A stretch of 64,000 nt of DNA from contig DATKKW010000024.1 in assembly GCA_035542715.1 (NCBI GenBank), positions 43,062-107,061 of the forward strand, given 5' to 3'. The notes beneath the pieces were generated by a model that worked only from the letters and a program-made list of their open reading frames with translations, made no database searches and had not been told where the DNA came from. Position numbers and translations under genes: made by a program. This document shows, in pieces, positions 49,923 to 58,708 of the stretch (within the stretch, counting starts at the first letter, position 1; every line of letters starts with the position of its first letter). The stretch comes from Myxococcota bacterium (lineage in GTDB: Bacteria; Myxococcota_A; UBA9160).

Positions 49923-52706
49923 TCAGCCGACCGTCCCGGCGGCGGCGTCGATCGCCTCGCGCAGCAGGCGGGCGAGGGAGTCGCGGCGGAAGGGCTTCGA
50001 GAGGTAGCCGTCGGCGTCGACGCCCTGGAGCCGCGGCGAGCTCGGATCGAGCTCGTATCCGCTGCAGACGATCACCGGGACACCGGGGCGCGCCGCCCGC
50101 AGCAGGGGGAACGCCGTGGCGCCGTCCATCACGGGCATGTCGAGGTCGAGGATCACGGCGTCGATCGCGACGTCGCCCGTGCGGGCGAACGCCACCGCCT
50201 CTCGGCCGTTCCGCGCGCGCAGCACCCGGTAGCCGAGCTTCTCGAGCAGCCGGGCGGTGACCGTCAGCACCCGCTCCTCGTCGTCCACGACGAGCACGGT
50301 CTCGGTCCCGGTCGGCGGCTCCCCGGCCTCCCGCGCCGCCTCCGTCACCGGCGCCTCGAGGGAGGCGGGCAGCCAGACGTCGAAGCGCGTGCCCCGTCTC
50401 GGCACGGTGTCGACCACGATCTCGCCGCCGTGGTTCTGCACGATGCCGTAGACCGCCGCCAGGCCGAGACCGCGCCCGGGGAACTTGGTCGAGAAGAACG
50501 GCTCGAACACGCGCGCCGCGGTGAGCGAGTCCATGCCGCAGCCCTCGTCGTGGACCGAGAGGCAGACCCAGCGCCCCGGCGAGAGGGAGACCCGGCCGGC
50601 CGGGCCGCGCGCGTCGCCACCCGCCTGCACGAGCTGGCTGTGCGTCGAGATCGCGAGGTGCCCGCGGCCGTCCATCGCCTCGACGCCGTTCGCGCAGAGG
50701 TTCATCACGATCTGGGACATCTGGCTCGCGTCGGCCATCACGCTCGGGAGCTGCGTTTCGAGGTGGACCTTCACCTCGATCTGGCGCGGCCAGCTCCGGC
50801 GGTGGATCTCGAGGGTGCGCTGCACGACGTCGTTCAGGTCGACGGGGCGCGACCAGTACCGACCGCCCCGCGCGTACGCCAGCAGCTGCTGCGCGAGCTC
50901 CGACGTCCGGCTCGCGGCCTCGCGCATGGCATCGACCATCTCGGCGGCGTCGCCCCGCCCCGCGATCTCCTCCCGCAGCAGGTCGGCGTTGCCGAGCACG
51001 ACGGCCATCAGGTTGTTCACGTCGTGGGCGATGCCGGCCGCGAGGGTCGAGGTCGCCTCGATGCGCGCGGCCTGCTGCAGCGCGAGCTCGCTCCGCCGAC
51101 GCGCCGTCACGTCGGTCAGCATCACGAGCCGGCCTTCGGGGAGACCGTCGCCCGCCTCGATCGGGCCGACCGACACGATCGCCCACATCTCCTCGCCGTC
51201 GGGGCAGCGCAGGCGGAGGTCGCCCGCAGGCTGGGCCGGCGCGGCGTCGGTGCGAAGCAGCGGCGCCCAGACGTCGCGGTCCTCGTCGTGGACGAGGGAG
51301 AGGAACCGGCGCCCGAGGAGATGCTCCTCGGGCGAGCCGAGCATGTGCGCGAGCCGCGCGTTCGCGAAGCGGACGTGGCCCTCCGCGTCGACGATGCACA
51401 CGCCCTCGTGGGCGGTCTCGACGATGCGCCGGTAGCGGGTCTCGCTCTGCCGGAGCTTCGCCTGGGCATTCCGCTGTCGTGTGATGTCGACCAGCGTCAC
51501 CGCGAAGTCGTCGTCGTCGGAGAGCCTCATGGCGCCGGCGAGCACGGGGCGCCGGGTGCCGTCGGGAAGCACCACCTCCTTCTCGTAGGGCCGCGTGATC
51601 CCGCTGCGCTCCAGCTCGGCGAAGGCGGCGGCGTCCCGCGCGCGATGATCCGCGCTCGTGCCGCCGCGCCAGTCGAGCTGGCCGGCGACGAGGTCGTCCT
51701 GGCTGCGGCCGAGGATGCGGAGGTAGGCGTCGTTCGCGGCCGTCACGCGCCCCGCCAGGTCGCCGAAGGCGATGCCGATCGGGCTCGCCTCGATCAGGCG
51801 CCGCAGCCGGAGCTCGCTGCGCGTCCGCTCGCTCGCGAGGCGGTTCGCCGAGCGGGCGCTCCAGACGACGAGGATCGCGAGCGGGAGGCAGACCGAGGCG
51901 ATCAGCAGCAGGAGGCCGGCGCGGACGTCGTAGAGGCCGTGCGTCGCACCCCACACGACGGCGATGCCGAGGGCGAACGGCAGGAGCCCAGCCGCGGGAA
52001 GCATGCGCCGCAGCAGGTGGCCGCCGGCGTCGTCGCGCAGCACCGGCACGAGCCAGCCCCGGTCCGGCCGCGCGACCAGCGTGGCGAGACCGAGGAGGAA
52101 GAGGCTCAGCGCGGAGGAGAGCGAGACGGGCTGGAGCGAGGTCGAGAGACCCTCCGCGCTCCGGCCGTGCAGGTGGAATCCGAGGATCACGTAGCACGCG
52201 ATCACCGTGCAGACGGACGCCGCCTCGCCGACCTGCTGCGTGCCGCGCCGCCGCGCCCGCTGCAGGCCGAGCGCGACCGCGATGCAGAGCAGGAAGATCG
52301 CGGTCAGGAGCGACATGCGGCCCGCCGGGGAGACGCCCGTCGCGAGGAGGACGTCGGGGAAGAGCAGGAGATCGATGCCGAGATCCCGGCCGACGGCGTA
52401 CTCGAGGAGCGCGGTCGCTGCGATCGCTCCCCCGCCGACGGCGAGGGCCACGCGCGCCCCTTCCTCTCGCCGGCTCGGTCGGGCCTGCGCCGCGAGCCCG
52501 ACGCTGGCCGCGAGGATCAGCACGGTCACGCAGGTCTCGGGCTTGAGCGCTGCCGATTCCGCGTAGACGTTCACCGGCCAGGAGCTGCCCGTCGCCCACG
52601 AGTAGAGCGTCAGCGCGGCGAGGAAGGCGGCCGCGAGGGCGCAGACGCGCGCAAGCACGCGCACGCGTCGCTCGCGTTCGGCAGGTCCGCTGGCCCCCAT
52701 GTCCAT
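49923..52706 (-). CDS. hybrid sensor histidine kinase (multi-TM sensor, 2 PAS, HisKA, HATPase, receiver)
   Basis: ATG at 52706 (MDMGASG). It has about 8 N-terminal TM helices, two PAS-like blocks, the H-box GIAHDVNNLM, N/G boxes (NLCANGVEAM, DEGCGM, GRGLGL) and a REC domain with VLVVDDE...DLDMP...SKP. Confidence 0.85.
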   Translation of the reverse strand: MDMGASGPAERERRVRVLARVCALAAAFLAALTLYSWATGSSWPVNVYAESAALKPETCVTVLILAASVGLAAQARPSRREEGARVALAVGGGAIAATALLEYAVGRDLGIDLLLFPDVLLATGVSPAGRMSLLTAIFLLCIAVALGLQRARRRGTQQVGEAASVCTVIACYVILGFHLHGRSAEGLSTSLQPVSLSSALSLFLLGLATLVARPDRGWLVPVLRDDAGGHLLRRMLPAAGLLPFALGIAVVWGATHGLYDVRAGLLLLIASVCLPLAILVVWSARSANRLASERTRSELRLRRLIEASPIGIAFGDLAGRVTAANDAYLRILGRSQDDLVAGQLDWRGGTSADHRARDAAAFAELERSGITRPYEKEVVLPDGTRRPVLAGAMRLSDDDDFAVTLVDITRQRNAQAKLRQSETRYRRIVETAHEGVCIVDAEGHVRFANARLAHMLGSPEEHLLGRRFLSLVHDEDRDVWAPLLRTDAAPAQPAGDLRLRCPDGEEMWAIVSVGPIEAGDGLPEGRLVMLTDVTARRRSELALQQAARIEATSTLAAGIAHDVNNLMAVVLGNADLLREEIAGRGDAAEMVDAMREAASRTSELAQQLLAYARGGRYWSRPVDLNDVVQRTLEIHRRSWPRQIEVKVHLETQLPSVMADASQMSQIVMNLCANGVEAMDGRGHLAISTHSQLVQAGGDARGPAGRVSLSPGRWVCLSVHDEGCGMDSLTAARVFEPFFSTKFPGRGLGLAAVYGIVQNHGGEIVVDTVPRRGTRFDVWLPASLEAPVTEAAREAGEPPTGTETVLVVDDEERVLTVTARLLEKLGYRVLRARNGREAVAFARTGDVAIDAVILDLDMPVMDGATAFPLLRAARPGVPVIVCSGYELDPSSPRLQGVDADGYLSKPFRRDSLARLLREAIDAAAGTVG

Positions 52707-52911
52707 CCCTCGGGCTCGTGGCTCCGGCTTGCCCCGCGCCCGCGTCGAGGCGGTCTCGCGTCCGTCTCGGTCGGCTCTCGTTCGCGCCCCGGCGTGCGTC
52801 CGTCCACCGGCGCGAGCCCTCGATCTCCGTCGGCCGAATCTACCAGACGAGGAGAAAACGCCTGTGATCCCGCGCACGGGGCAGCGGTGGATCCCACGGG
52901 CCGCGCCACGC

Positions 52912-54189
52912 TCAGTCGAGCTCGAGATCCGTGGAACGCACGAGGGGGAGGAGCACACCCTGGCCGTCGTGATGCCAGCCGAGGGGCGGCCCTTGGAGGC
53001 GGCCCGGCCGGCAGAGCCGCGAAGCGCCCAGGTCCGCGAGCAGGCGCAGGAGGCGCCGCTCGCCGGCCCCGAAGCCCGCGACGGCCACGCCCGCGAGGTG
53101 GGACGCGAGCGGCGCGAGCGCATCGCCGATCCCGTCGGGCCCGACGGGATGCACGCGCACGAAGCGATGGAGCGGGGCAGGGCGCAGCGTCGCGTCGTCC
53201 TCGCATACGACGCAGAAGGGCTCGTCCCGGCCGCCCCGCACGAAGACCTCGCGGCCCGCGGCGGCCCGCATCTCCGCCGCCGCGCGCTCCTGCGCGAGCA
53301 CCGCGGCGGCCGCGGGATCGACGCGGCCGCGCGGGAGCCTCGGCGCGAGGTCGCGCAGCGCGACCGCCAGCGCGTCGGCGACGCCCACGGCGGCGCGCGC
53401 ATCGCCGACCACGAGGACCGACACCGGAGAGAGACAGCCGAGCTGGTCCCAGAGCGACACGTCGAGGGCGAGGCCGCGGGCGGCGGCGCCGAGCGCCTCG
53501 CCGTGCGTGGCCTCGGGCCCGACGAGGCCCACCGACACGCGGTGGCCGTACGTCACGAGCCGCTGCGGCGGCTGCACGCGGGCCGCGATCGCGCGTACCG
53601 TCGCGTCGCTGCCCGTGGCCACCACGCAGTCGCCGGACAGGAACACGCCCAGCGCGTCGTCGTCGCCGCGCGGAAACGAGACGATCTCGAGGCACGCGCC
53701 GAGCCCTGCGTCTTCGGCGGTGATGCTCTCCGCCACGAGGCGCGCGGTCACCGGATCGTGCGACGACGGCCGCGCGAGGACCGCCGAGCGCACGGCGAGC
53801 GGCGCGAGGAGGGCGAGCAAGCTCGGGCTCGGCAGGGCGCCGGCGAGGAGCGTCGCGGTGACGTCGAACGGGGAAGCGAGGGTGCCGTCTCCGCCGTCGA
53901 GGGCCCGGGGGCCGCCGAGCTCGCGATCGACCAGGGCGAGCAGCGCCTCGCCCTTCCAGCCCGCGAGCGCGAGCGCCATGCCCTCCCGCACGACGGGAGA
54001 AGTGAAGCCCGCCGCGCCGGGGAGCTCGCGCTCGAGGGCGCGCCGCCAGCGCGATGCCGGATCGCGCCAGGCGTCGAGCACCCGCGCGAGCGCGGCCAGG
54101 GTCTCCGCGGCGGGTCGGCGCCGGAGGCGCGCGCCCGCCTCGCGCAGTCGCGACACGGCCGCGCGTACGTCCCCGGCCGAGGACGTCAA
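52912..54189 (-). CDS. LuxC-like acyl-CoA (acyl-protein) reductase
   Basis: 425 aa. The aldehyde-dehydrogenase-like fold carries the active-site context LWDQLGCLSP, typical of the LuxC family as I recall it. TTG at 54189 overlaps the upstream stop (TTGA). Confidence 0.7.
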   Translation of the reverse strand: MTSSAGDVRAAVSRLREAGARLRRRPAAETLAALARVLDAWRDPASRWRRALERELPGAAGFTSPVVREGMALALAGWKGEALLALVDRELGGPRALDGGDGTLASPFDVTATLLAGALPSPSLLALLAPLAVRSAVLARPSSHDPVTARLVAESITAEDAGLGACLEIVSFPRGDDDALGVFLSGDCVVATGSDATVRAIAARVQPPQRLVTYGHRVSVGLVGPEATHGEALGAAARGLALDVSLWDQLGCLSPVSVLVVGDARAAVGVADALAVALRDLAPRLPRGRVDPAAAAVLAQERAAAEMRAAAGREVFVRGGRDEPFCVVCEDDATLRPAPLHRFVRVHPVGPDGIGDALAPLASHLAGVAVAGFGAGERRLLRLLADLGASRLCRPGRLQGPPLGWHHDGQGVLLPLVRSTDLELD

Positions 54190-55352
54190 GCGCGGGCGTC
54201 CCCGACGAGCAGCGCCTCGGCACCGAGGGAGCAGCCGCGCGCGTCGGCGCCCTCCGCCCGGCCCAGCACCTCGAAGCCATCCTCCCGCGAGAGGCCGAGA
54301 TCGGCCGTCTGGATCGCGCACACGCTGCCCGTGCTCGCGAGGTCCACGACGACGATCACGCCGACCTCGCCGGGCGAGACGTCGGATCCCGTCGCCGGAT
54401 CGACGATGCGGACCCGTGCCCACGGCGGTCCGAGCTTGCGCCGCGGCGTCCGCGGGAACCGCAGCACCGAGTCGTGGAACTGGCTCGCGAGCTCCGTCAT
54501 CCCATACTGGTTCACGACGCGCTCCGCGGGAACGCCGAGGGCGCCTTCGATCGCGTCGCGAAGCGCGGCGCGCGTGAGCTCCCGCGAGCGCGCCTTGAAG
54601 CCGCCGGTCTCGAACGCGCGCGAGCCCGCCGGGAGCGCGAGCGCGACGCCCCGCGCGGCGAGGGCGTCGCACAGGTGGACGAACGCGAAGGCGGTACCGC
54701 AGAGCGCGACCGGCACGTCGTCGACGCACGCGCTCTCGAGCGCCGCGAGCAGGGGCTCGAAGGTGAGCGCGCCGCCGCGCACGTCGAAGCCGCTGCGCGC
54801 GGCGTCGAGCTGCGGCGCGAGGCGGCGCAGCAGCACGCCGAACATGTGCGAGAGCGACGAGTCCGGCGCCTCCCCGGGCGACGGGGCGAGGGCGCGCAGC
54901 GCGAGGCGCCGCGCGGGGCGCCCGTCCGCACGCGCGAGCTCGGGCAGCACGTGCGCGACGAAGCTCGGCACGACGGAGGCGTCGTAGAGCGCGAGCGTGT
55001 CGAGGTGCAGCTCTCCGCGCCGCTCGCCGGTGGTGCCGCTCGTGCGGAAGACGTGGACCTCGCGCTCCGCGGGGAACGAGCGCAGCGCGATCTCCTTGAA
55101 GGACGCGGTCGGCACGGGCGGGATGTCGCGCCAGCTCGCGAGCCGCTCCGGTGTCACGCCTCGCGCCGCGCAGAAGCGCGCCCACGGCGCGCAGCGCTCG
55201 AGCTGGAAGGCGAAGAGATCGCGGGCGAGGGCGTCGAAGCGGACCTCGTCCTCGGGCGCGTCGGGCTCGCCGCGCCAGCTCGCGATCCAATCGAGCACGC
55301 GCGCGTCGAGGTCGGCGCGGGCGGGATCGCCGCCCGAGAGGCGCGCGCTCAC
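54186..55352 (-). CDS. LuxE-like acyl-protein synthetase (adenylate-forming)
   Basis: 388 aa. It has the P-loop-like FRTSGTTGERRG and a conserved-looking Cys near the C-terminus (GADARGCSL), as in LuxE where a C-terminal Cys is acylated. GTG at 55352 overlaps the upstream stop (GTGA). Confidence 0.7.
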   Translation of the reverse strand: MSARLSGGDPARADLDARVLDWIASWRGEPDAPEDEVRFDALARDLFAFQLERCAPWARFCAARGVTPERLASWRDIPPVPTASFKEIALRSFPAEREVHVFRTSGTTGERRGELHLDTLALYDASVVPSFVAHVLPELARADGRPARRLALRALAPSPGEAPDSSLSHMFGVLLRRLAPQLDAARSGFDVRGGALTFEPLLAALESACVDDVPVALCGTAFAFVHLCDALAARGVALALPAGSRAFETGGFKARSRELTRAALRDAIEGALGVPAERVVNQYGMTELASQFHDSVLRFPRTPRRKLGPPWARVRIVDPATGSDVSPGEVGVIVVVDLASTGSVCAIQTADLGLSREDGFEVLGRAEGADARGCSLGAEALLVGDARA

Positions 55353-56644
55353 GCGAAGCACGCCGCGACGACGTCGAGCGCCGCCTCCAGGATCTCGGCC
55401 TCGATCGAGAGGGGCGGCGTCATGGCGACCACCTCGCCGACGTCGCCGGACGGCAGGCAGATCACGCCGCGGCGCAATGCCTCGGCGCAGGCGCCGAGCG
55501 CACGCTCGGGCCGCTCGCACTCGATCGCGAGGAGGAGGCCGCGGCCCCGCACCTCGCGGATCCCAGGCCGGCCGGCGAGCGCGGCGCGCAGCCGGGCGAG
55601 GGCGCCCGCGCCGAGCTCGGCGGAGCGCTCGGGCAGCTTCTCCTCGTCGAGCACGGCGAGCGAAGCGAGGGCCGCGGCGCAGCCCGGCGGGTGCCCGAGG
55701 AAGGTCTGGGTGTGGAGCGCCTCTCCGCTCGAGGGAGGCCACGCGTCCATCCACTCCGCGCGCCCGACGCACGCCGAGAGCGGCATGCCGCCCGCGAGCC
55801 CCTTCCCCACGCACAAGAGGTCGGGCACCACGTCCTCGTGCTCGCACGCGAAGAGCCGGCCGGTCCGACCGAATCCGGTGTAGACCTCGTCGGCTGCGAG
55901 GAGCCAGCCCTCGCGGTCGCACAGCGCGCGCAGATCGCGGAGGAATCCGTCGGGAGGAATGCGCTCGCCGCCGCGGCCCTGGATCGGCTCGACGAAGACG
56001 CAGCCCACCGGGGCCGGGCAGGCCCGCGCCGCGCGCTCGACGGAGGCGACGTCGCCGAAGCGCGCGAAGGAGACGGGCGCCGAGAGCCGGCGCGCGAAGG
56101 GATCGCGGAAGAGCGGCCGGAACGTGAGCTCGAGCGCGCCGAAGGTGAGGCCGTGGTACGCGCCCTCGAAGGCGACGATCCCCGGCCGACCGCTCGCGAG
56201 GAGCGCCGTCTTCTGGGCGATCTCGACCGCGTCGGAGCCCGAAGAGCCGAGCACGCAGCGTGCCGGCCCGCCGCCGGGGAAGCGCGCGACGAGCGCCTCC
56301 ATCAGGGCGACCTTGCTCTCCGCCGGGTGCAGGTCGCCCATCGCGTGCAGGAGCTCGCCGGCCTGCCGGCGGACGGCCTCGACCACGCGCGGGTGGCCGT
56401 GACCCACATTGGTGACGCCGAAGCCCGCGCCGAGGTCGACGAAGCGGTTTCCGTCGGCGTCCCACACGTTCGAGGCGTGGGCGCGCGCCCAGAAGATCGG
56501 CGGCTCGGGCTCGAGGCAGGTGACGTTGCGCGACTCCACGCGTCCGAGCCTCGCCGCGAGCGCGCGGGAGCGCGCGCCCGGCACGGCCGTCAGGAGGGCG
56601 GGCGGCTGCGTGCGGAAGGCCGGATCGGCGGGGAGGCGCGACAC
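55349..56644 (-). CDS. class III (GabT/ArgD-like) PLP aminotransferase
   Basis: 431 aa. It carries [32 protein letters not shown] and the PLP-Lys context [19 protein letters not shown] start. Confidence 0.85.
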   Translation of the reverse strand: MSRLPADPAFRTQPPALLTAVPGARSRALAARLGRVESRNVTCLEPEPPIFWARAHASNVWDADGNRFVDLGAGFGVTNVGHGHPRVVEAVRRQAGELLHAMGDLHPAESKVALMEALVARFPGGGPARCVLGSSGSDAVEIAQKTALLASGRPGIVAFEGAYHGLTFGALELTFRPLFRDPFARRLSAPVSFARFGDVASVERAARACPAPVGCVFVEPIQGRGGERIPPDGFLRDLRALCDREGWLLAADEVYTGFGRTGRLFACEHEDVVPDLLCVGKGLAGGMPLSACVGRAEWMDAWPPSSGEALHTQTFLGHPPGCAAALASLAVLDEEKLPERSAELGAGALARLRAALAGRPGIREVRGRGLLLAIECERPERALGACAEALRRGVICLPSGDVGEVVAMTPPLSIEAEILEAALDVVAACFA

Positions 56645-56650
56645 GGGCCG

Positions 56651-57766
56651 ATGCTAGCGCGCGGCCCCGGGCGTAGACTCGCACGGGTGACGCAGGCGAG
56701 CGCCAGGGCCGCGGTCGGGGCGGGCACGTCGGGCGGCGCAGCCAAGGCTGCGCCCGACGGGCGCACGCGCCTGCGCGCGGGCTGGCTCTCGCTCGGCGTG
56801 GGCGTCCTGGTCTTCAGCGGAAAGCTCGCGGCGTGGTGGCTCACCGGCTCGGCGGCGGTGCTCTCGGACGCGCTCGAGTCGATCGTGAACGTGCTCGCGG
56901 CGCTCCTCCTGCTCGTGAGCCTGCACGTCGCCGCGCGACCGCGCGATCGGGACCATCCCTACGGCCACGGCAAGATCGAGTTCTTCTCCGCTGGAGCGGA
57001 GGGCACGCTGATCGCGGTCGCCTCGATCGCGATCCTCGCGACCGCGGCCCGCGACCTCTGGCTCGGCCCCAGGCTGCAGCGCCTCGACGTGGGCCTGGTC
57101 CTCGTGTCGGCGATGACCGTCGCGAACCTCCTGCTCGGGGTCTACCTGCTCCGCCTCGGCCGGCGCGCCCGCTCCCTCGCGCTCGAGGCCGACGGCGCGC
57201 ATCTCCTGACCGACGTGTGGACGAGCGTCGGCGTGCTGATCGGCCTCACGGCCGTGCGCATCACCGGCTTCGCGCCCCTCGACCCGCTCGTCGCGATCGT
57301 CGTCGCGCTCCACATCCTGCGCACGGGCTTCGGCCTCGTGCGCTCCGCCGTGGGGGGCCTCATGGACGAGGCCGACGAGGACCTCCTCGCGGAGCTCGTC
57401 GGCGCCCTCGAGCGGAAGCGCCGGCCCGAGTGGATCGACGTGCACTCGCTGCGGAGCTTCCGCTCCGGGGCGATCCATCACACCGACCTGCACATGGTCG
57501 TCCCGCGCTTCTTCGACGCCGAGCTGCTGCACGACGTCGATCGCGACGTGCGACGGGCGGTGCGCGACGGAGGCGACGCGCGGGGCGAGCTGCTCGTGCA
57601 CTTCGATCCGTGCCGTCCGCGCCACTGCCCGGGCTGCGCGTACGAGCCGTGTCCGGTGCGCGCGGCGCCCCTCGTCGAGCGGGAGCCGCTCGTGCTCGAG
57701 CGCGCGATCCGCGGCGACGAGAGCCTCGAGACGGGGCAGCCGCTCGGGCAGGACCTCCACGCGTGA
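56651..57766 (+). CDS. cation diffusion facilitator (CDF) transporter
   Basis: It has six TM helices, metal-site motifs (SDALESIVN and HLLTDVWTS) and a C-terminal cytoplasmic domain. The start is ATG 56651 or GTG 56687. Confidence 0.8.
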   Translation: MLARGPGRRLARVTQASARAAVGAGTSGGAAKAAPDGRTRLRAGWLSLGVGVLVFSGKLAAWWLTGSAAVLSDALESIVNVLAALLLLVSLHVAARPRDRDHPYGHGKIEFFSAGAEGTLIAVASIAILATAARDLWLGPRLQRLDVGLVLVSAMTVANLLLGVYLLRLGRRARSLALEADGAHLLTDVWTSVGVLIGLTAVRITGFAPLDPLVAIVVALHILRTGFGLVRSAVGGLMDEADEDLLAELVGALERKRRPEWIDVHSLRSFRSGAIHHTDLHMVVPRFFDAELLHDVDRDVRRAVRDGGDARGELLVHFDPCRPRHCPGCAYEPCPVRAAPLVEREPLVLERAIRGDESLETGQPLGQDLHA

Positions 57767-58698
57767 GCACGGTCCCGGAAGCCCTCCGCGACGTCGATCC
57801 CGAGCGCTACGCCATCCGGTCGGCATCGCCGCGCGGCTTCTCCCAGGCGTACCTGCGGGCGGGCGAGGGCGGCCTGCCGGTCGTGCTCGTGCACGGCTGG
57901 CCGGAGACGAAGCGCATCTGGTGGCGCAACGTCGAGCCCCTGGCGTGCGCGGGCTTCGACGTCGTGGCGCCCGACCTGCGCGGCTTCGGTGACTCGGGCC
58001 TCGCACCCGACGGCTTCTACGACGTCGCGACCCACGCGCGCGATCTGCACGCGCTGCTGCACGACGTCCTCGGCTTCGAGCGGGTGGTCGCAGTCGGAGG
58101 CGATCTCGGCGGTCCGGTGATCCAGGACCTGTCGCTTCGCTTCCCCGGCTTCGTGGAGCGCCTGGTCCTCTTCAACTCGCCGCTCCCGTTCCTGAAGGAG
58201 CGAATGGGCGGGCTGCGCACGCGACCGCCCCGCGAGTCGATGGACTACTTCCTGCGGCAGGGCACCGACGCCGACGCCCTCGCGGCCGAGCTCTCGACGC
58301 CGGACCGGCGCCGCCGCTACGTCGCGACGTTCTACACCTCGCGCTACTGGGCCCATCCCGGCGCCTTCGAGCCCGCGGCGATCGACTTCATGACCGAGCC
58401 CTTCGCCGACGGCGCGAAGCTGCGCGCGAGCTTCACGAACTACGAGTGCACCTTCCGCGCCGAGCTCCGGAGCGAGCCGCCGCTCCTCGCCGAGAATCCG
58501 ACGCCCGCGTTCCTCCTGTTCGGTCCGTCGGACCACGTGATCTATCCCGACTTCGACCGCATGGCGGCGCTCGTATTCCCGCAGCACGTCGGGCCCTTCC
58601 TGGTTCGCGATGCAGGCCACTTCCTGCAGTGGGAGGCCGCGGGGGTGCTGAACGGTGCCCTGCGCGCATTCTGCGGCGACCTGCTCGCGCGTCGATGA
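57763..58698 (+). CDS. epoxide-hydrolase-like alpha/beta hydrolase
   Basis: GTG at 57763 overlaps the CDF stop (GTGA). It has the HGWPE oxyanion motif, an Asp nucleophile context (VGGDLGG) and a cap region with RYWAHP. Confidence 0.75.
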   Translation: MSTVPEALRDVDPERYAIRSASPRGFSQAYLRAGEGGLPVVLVHGWPETKRIWWRNVEPLACAGFDVVAPDLRGFGDSGLAPDGFYDVATHARDLHALLHDVLGFERVVAVGGDLGGPVIQDLSLRFPGFVERLVLFNSPLPFLKERMGGLRTRPPRESMDYFLRQGTDADALAAELSTPDRRRRYVATFYTSRYWAHPGAFEPAAIDFMTEPFADGAKLRASFTNYECTFRAELRSEPPLLAENPTPAFLLFGPSDHVIYPDFDRMAALVFPQHVGPFLVRDAGHFLQWEAAGVLNGALRAFCGDLLARR

Positions 58699-58708
58699 GC
58701 GTCCGTCG

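Noticed and set aside
52707-52911. 205-bp spacer between the LuxC-like stop and the histidine kinase start, examined for a terminator, promoter or sRNA.
   Set aside because: I found only short (4-bp) stems and a weak TAGATT -10-like hexamer without a convincing -35. Nothing was strong enough to annotate.
49758-53723. 1321-aa plus-strand ORF antisense to the hybrid histidine kinase and the LuxC-like gene.
   Set aside because: It is low-complexity Arg/Gly/Ala/Asp sequence. The minus strand carries complete PAS/HisKA/HATPase/REC and LuxC motifs.
58655-58708. Longer start (58655) for the MFS-HPPK ORF.
   Set aside because: The extension overlaps the end of the preceding hydrolase gene and adds no signal or TM feature. 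ATG 58709 gives a conventional MFS N-terminus.
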